Shown piece by piece: positions 57,001-60,000 of a stretch of 60,000 nt of DNA (position 1 is its first letter; each line of letters opens with the position of its first letter). The translations under genes were made by a program, and so were the position numbers. Source of the stretch: Lama glama (Eukaryota); the NCBI GenBank assembly GCA_028534125.1, contig CM052816.1, forward strand, positions 101,496,001 through 101,556,000, written 5' to 3'. The notes beneath the pieces are model-generated. The model did not search any database. It saw nothing but the letters and a program-made list of their open reading frames with translations, and had not been told where the DNA came from.

Positions 57001-59925
57001 GGCCTGTGCATCTCAGCAGTGCACTCCTCTCTTGTCACCCGCGGGCCAGGGTCCAGCTGGTCCCAGTGTAGAGTCTGGCCTGTGTTTGTGGCTTTGGGAT
57101 TATTGTTTTCTTATTTCTAGTATCTCCCCCTAGTGGGGTGAGGCTGGACTAGGGTTCCTGGCAGGAGGAGCCGGGGCCTGCTCACTGCTGGGTGGAGCTT
57201 GGTCCTGGACCTCTGGTGGGCAGGGCCGCGTCTAGTGGCCTTTGTGGCTCAGGAGGTCTGCTGACGGGTGGGGCTGTGCTCCCACCCAGTACATTTGGCC
57301 TGAGGCTTCCCTACAGGCTGTTGGGTGGGGCTGGGTCTTGGTGCCAATGATCCAATCATGATGTCAGCCTCCAGGAAAGCTCATGGAGATGAACACTCCC
57401 AGAATGCCCGCCACCAGCTTCTGTGTCCCCTTAAGTGAGCTGCAGCTGTCCCCCACGTCCCCAGGAGACCCTCCAGATCCAGCAGGCAGGCCTGGCCCAG
57501 GTTCCTACGAAACCACTGCCTCTGCCCTTGGACCTGGTGCCCACTAGACTCCGTGTGAGCTTCCCAAGGGGATGAAGCCTCTGTTCCCCCCAATCCCTGG
57601 GGCTCCCGGAGCTAAGCCCCCTGGCCTTCACAACCAGATGTCCTGGGGGCTCCTCCTCCTCCCAGTGCCAGAGTCCGGGCTGGGGAGCTGACGTGGGGCT
57701 CAGAGTGCTCACGCCTGTGGGAGGGCCTCTACACTCAACTGGTTTCAGCTTGTGGGTCTCCCACCCCCAGGGATATGGGGCCCGGTTACATTGTGAACGC
57801 GCCTCGCCTATCGTCCTGCTGTGGCTCCCTCTTTGTGTTTCCATTGCAGAAGACCTTTTTTGCTAGACTCCAGCCTTTTTTCACTTGTGGTTTGTTGTAG
57901 TCATGAGGAGGGGCAAGCTCGTGGTCCTGCCACCCAGCCTTGATGACCTGAGATCCCAGTGTTTACTGTTCTTTTAGATTTAACTTTTTTTTAAACATTT
58001 TTTACTGATTTGTAATGATTTTACAATGCTGTGTCAAACTCCAGTGTAGAGCATAATTTTTCAGTTATACATGAACATACATTCGTCGTCACATTCCTTT
58101 CTCTGTGAGCTACCGTAAGATCTTGTATATATTTCCCTGTGTTATACAGTATAATCTTGTTTATCTGTTCTACATTTTGAAATCCCAGTCTATCCCTTCC
58201 CACTCCATTAGATTTAACCTTTTTAACACACTCAGAAGCATAGGTTTTTCAACAGCATCTTGGGATGTAGGTCCTCACACGTGACAGGTTAGTGGAACTG
58301 GCCAAGAAATAGGTGAGCACGGCACTTCCCTGTAGGCGGCCCGGGAGCACAGGCTGAAGGGTGCCTGGGTGTGTGCGTGTCTGCGTGTGTGTGCACGCAC
58401 ATGTGCCTGTGGGTATGTGTGTGTGGGTGCCTTGTGTGCATGTGTACACGTGTTGCATGCATGTGTGTACGTGTGTACACTAGCTGTTGTCTGTTGTGCT
58501 GAGGAGACCTGAATGCCCTTTTACTGACGAGTACGATGTGAGCAAACCAGTGTTTTCCAGATTGTCTTCACCAGCCCCCAGTGGCGTCACACTTCAGGGT
58601 CGTCAGGCGAGATGTGAAGTGGTAGCCTCCGTGTCTGAGGAGCAGGGGCTTTGGCTCTGCCCTGGGTGCGTAGCTAGTGGCCGTAAGCCTCCGTCTCTGG
58701 TGAGGAAGCAGGGTGGCGGTGGTGGGTTCTGTAGGACTTCGTGGTGACAGTCGGCCCAGGGGCCCGGCGCGTCGTGGGCTCTGTGACGCGTGCTCGGCCT
58801 GGTTTGCCCGTGGCCTGAGCCAGCACTGTGACAGTTCCTCTTGGGAGAACAGGAGCCCAGTGAGTGAACCAAGCTAGTTCCCAGGCCGCTCAGGCCGGGA
58901 CAGCCGAGTGCCCCTCGCTGTGGAGCCAAAGCCTCCGCCCCCTCCTTCGCGGTCCCTGTGACTTGCTGGGTGGCAGTGGACCCCTGTCCCCACTGTGCAG
59001 GCCGGCGAGGGCCTGTCTGACCTGGAGCCTCAGGAGAGGGCTGGAGGGCGGGCCTGTGGCCTGAAGTGTGTGTCGTGACGTGCGGGCTTGTTTGCTCTTC
59101 CGTGTCACTCGGGGAGGGCACTGTCATTCGACAAGAACTTCCCAGCAGTGACTTAGGGTTCAGCAGAAGCACGAATGTGTGTGACTTGACAGAACTGAGG
59201 GCCTCAGGGTGAGGTGGTGCCCCTCCCTTAAGGTACTGAAGACGGCCCCTCGAAGACTCACTCCGAACTTAGCAGCGTGTCAACTGTAAGATCCTAACAT
59301 CCTGAGAGCAGCACACCAGGGTGGGAGATCGTGTGTGTGGCGGAGAAGACGGCCATCCTGAGCGGCGTGGAGCGGGAGTGGGTGTTGGGGAGGGCTTCCA
59401 GAGAGGAGAGGGGTGTGCCGAGGGCCAGGAGCGCGGTCAGCCACAGAGTGCGCCCTCTGGAGGGATGCGCACCCTCCAGACGAAAGGAGGGAATGTGCTG
59501 GTTTGGAATCCTCCGCGCCTGTTGGGGGGCTCCTGAAGAAGAGCCCGGGCCCTTCAGGTCTCATGTCCCCCCCCCCCCGCCCCGGTTCCTTCAGCACCCG
59601 GAGGTCCCCAGAGGCAGCAGCCGTTGTGGTCGGTGCAGGTAGAGGCGCCCACTGCTGAGCTGAGGTCCCGAGGGCCCTGGGCTGCGGCGTGCACTGGGCA
59701 CAGGTGGGTCCTGCCCGCGCCCCAGCGTGGACATACCGTCGCAGACCTGTCCTACCTGTGGGTGCGGGGCTTCCTGCTCGCATTACCTGCTGACTTGGGA
59801 ACACCTTTCCTTCTCTCTCCTGCAGGCTGGAGACCCTCTAGGGGACGGTGGCTCCGCCCTGGACTTCATGGCCGTGAAGTCGTATCCGGACGTCTCTCTG
59901 GACATCTCCGTGCTCGGCTGTCTGG
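36041..59925 (+). CDS. BRD9: BRD9 (bromodomain-containing protein 9, ncBAF/GBAF subunit), coding exons 1-14; 3' end lies beyond the window
   Basis: Exons: 36041-36092, 36643-36857, 37148-37280, 38692-38752, 39144-39288, 42251-42361, 43006(or 42946)-43121, 44325-44457, 46003-46078, 46726-46821, 47418-47550, 49040-49151, 50667-50705, 59826-59925. Phases are compatible. Perfect Kozak gccgccacc[13 protein letters not shown]...; bromodomain [32 protein letters not shown]...[22 protein letters not shown]. Confidence 0.98.
36643..36857 (+). CDS. BRD9: BRD9 exon 2 (215 nt), includes AAG-repeat poly-Lys
   Basis: tgcag|; [71 protein letters not shown]; |gtgaag. Confidence 0.97.
37148..37280 (+). CDS. 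BRD9: BRD9 exon 3 (133 nt), GC donor
   Basis: gacag|; [47 protein letters not shown]|gcaagt. Confidence 0.93.
38692..38752 (+). CDS. BRD9: BRD9 exon 4 (61 nt)
   Basis: atcag|; (A)[19 protein letters not shown](R); |gtaaag. Confidence 0.96.
39144..39288 (+). CDS. BRD9: BRD9 exon 5 (145 nt), bromodomain
   Basis: ttcag|; [48 protein letters not shown]; |gtgcgt. Confidence 0.97.
40690..40830 (+). mobile_element. Short L1 3' fragment
   Basis: tactcagccataaaagagaatgaaatgctgccatttgcagcaacatggatggacctag is the L1 ORF2 end. Confidence 0.8.
40875..41087 (-). mobile_element. Short camelid-type L1 3'UTR-tail insertion with target-site duplication
   Basis: aacattttttattgatt...ccagtgtagaacacaatttttc...cccagtctatcccttcccaccc, flanked by tgcagttttttt at 40863 and 41088. 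Confidence 0.8.
41095..42115 (-). mobile_element. L1 3' end (~1 kb) in BRD9 intron 5
   Basis: Typical L1 3'UTR and ORF2 end: ccatccatgttgctgcaaatggcattatttcattc, cccaggagtgggattgctggatca. Confidence 0.9.
42251..42361 (+). CDS. BRD9: BRD9 exon 6 (111 nt), bromodomain
   Basis: ttcag|; [37 protein letters not shown]; |gtaaga. Confidence 0.97.
43006..43121 (+). CDS. BRD9: BRD9 exon 7 (116 nt; a longer form starting at 42946 adds 20 aa)
   Basis: ctcag|; [38 protein letters not shown](S); |gtaatg. Upstream in-frame acceptor ttctag| at 42945. Confidence 0.92.
44325..44457 (+). CDS. BRD9: BRD9 exon 8 (133 nt)
   Basis: cacag|; [44 protein letters not shown]; |gtagca. Confidence 0.96.
46003..46078 (+). 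CDS. BRD9: BRD9 exon 9 (76 nt)
   Basis: cgcag|; [25 protein letters not shown](E); |gtgggt. Confidence 0.96.
46726..46821 (+). CDS. BRD9: BRD9 exon 10 (96 nt)
   Basis: tgcag|; [31 protein letters not shown](V); |gtgagt. Confidence 0.96.
47165..47335. mobile_element. MER20-like hAT-Charlie DNA transposon relic
   Basis: gggatgtttggccatgtctggggacactttgattgtcacactggggtgctcccggcatctagtggg matches the recalled MER20 core. Confidence 0.65.
47418..47550 (+). CDS. BRD9: BRD9 exon 11 (133 nt)
   Basis: cccag|; [43 protein letters not shown](S); |gtgggt. Confidence 0.96.
47700..48022 (-). mobile_element. MLT1-type MaLR LTR relic
   Basis: ggtcacatcctgaggtacttggggtcagggcttc...gggacagttcagc corresponds to a reverse-complement MLT1 5' end. 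Confidence 0.6.
49040..49151 (+). CDS. BRD9: BRD9 exon 12 (112 nt)
   Basis: cccag|; [37 protein letters not shown]; |gtgggc. Confidence 0.96.
49370..49975 (-). mobile_element. Old L1 ORF1-region fragments in BRD9 intron 12
   Basis: tctgaagaaagtctttattttaccttcatttttgaag and aaaatctggaagattttcggcc are typical of antisense L1M ORF1. Confidence 0.6.
50667..50705 (+). CDS. BRD9: BRD9 exon 13 (39-nt micro-exon)
   Basis: ttgcag|; [13 protein letters not shown]; |gtgagt. Confidence 0.94.
51890..57945 (-). mobile_element. Near full-length, decayed L1 (5'UTR, ORF1, ORF2, 3'UTR) antisense in BRD9 intron 13
   Basis: ORF1 pieces MRQQRNLSQ.. (56920) and [26 protein letters not shown]2 pieces ([41 protein letters not shown]-like end); GC-rich 5'UTR at about 57000-57945; multiple frameshifts. 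Confidence 0.95.
57985..58207 (-). mobile_element. Second short camelid-type L1 3'UTR-tail insertion with target-site duplication
   Basis: Same sequence family as 40875-41087; duplication ttagatttaac at 57974-57984 and 58208-58218. Confidence 0.85.
58368..58480. repeat. Degenerate (TG/CA)n alternating purine-pyrimidine tract
   Basis: gtgtgtgcgtgtctgcgtgtgtgtgcacgcacatgtg...gtgtgtacac. Confidence 0.8.
59826..59925 (+). CDS. BRD9: BRD9 exon 14 (100 nt)
   Basis: ctgcag|; [33 protein letters not shown](G); |gtaggt. Confidence 0.94.
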
Positions 59926-60000
59926 GTAGGTTGTGCCAGGTGCTCTGTGCGGCCCCTGTGCTGCCTTTCTGCACAGCCGGGGTTGGGGGTGCTGCCCGAC

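Noticed and set aside
51890..57945. Possible active L1
   Set aside because: ORF1 and ORF2 are broken into many short frames with small deletions, and the extreme 3' tail is missing.

Overview
GC-rich mammalian genomic DNA, most likely camelid: it carries a Vic-1-like tRNA-derived SINE and camelid-type L1 3' tails. The core is the head-to-head TRIP13/BRD9 pair sharing one CpG-island promoter. TRIP13 (minus strand) is complete, with 13 coding exons, 1299 nt and 432 aa. BRD9 (plus strand) shows coding exons 1-14 and runs off the right end of the window. The introns hold many L1 pieces, including a near full-length L1 in BRD9 intron 13, plus MaLR LTRs, MER20, MIR/L2 relics and a ~33-bp minisatellite spanning a 500-N assembly gap. 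The ~17 kb downstream of TRIP13 is less explained. It contains exon-like, protein-like segments with stop codons on the minus strand (a candidate decayed multi-exon gene I cannot name) and a degenerate ~42-bp tandem array with a diverged inverted partial copy. Also notable: a CDE/CHR element facing TRIP13, a GC-AG intron in BRD9, in-frame alternative acceptors at BRD9 exon 7, and two independent short L1-tail insertions truncated at almost the same position. All comparisons to human proteins and repeat consensus sequences are from memory, not from a database search.
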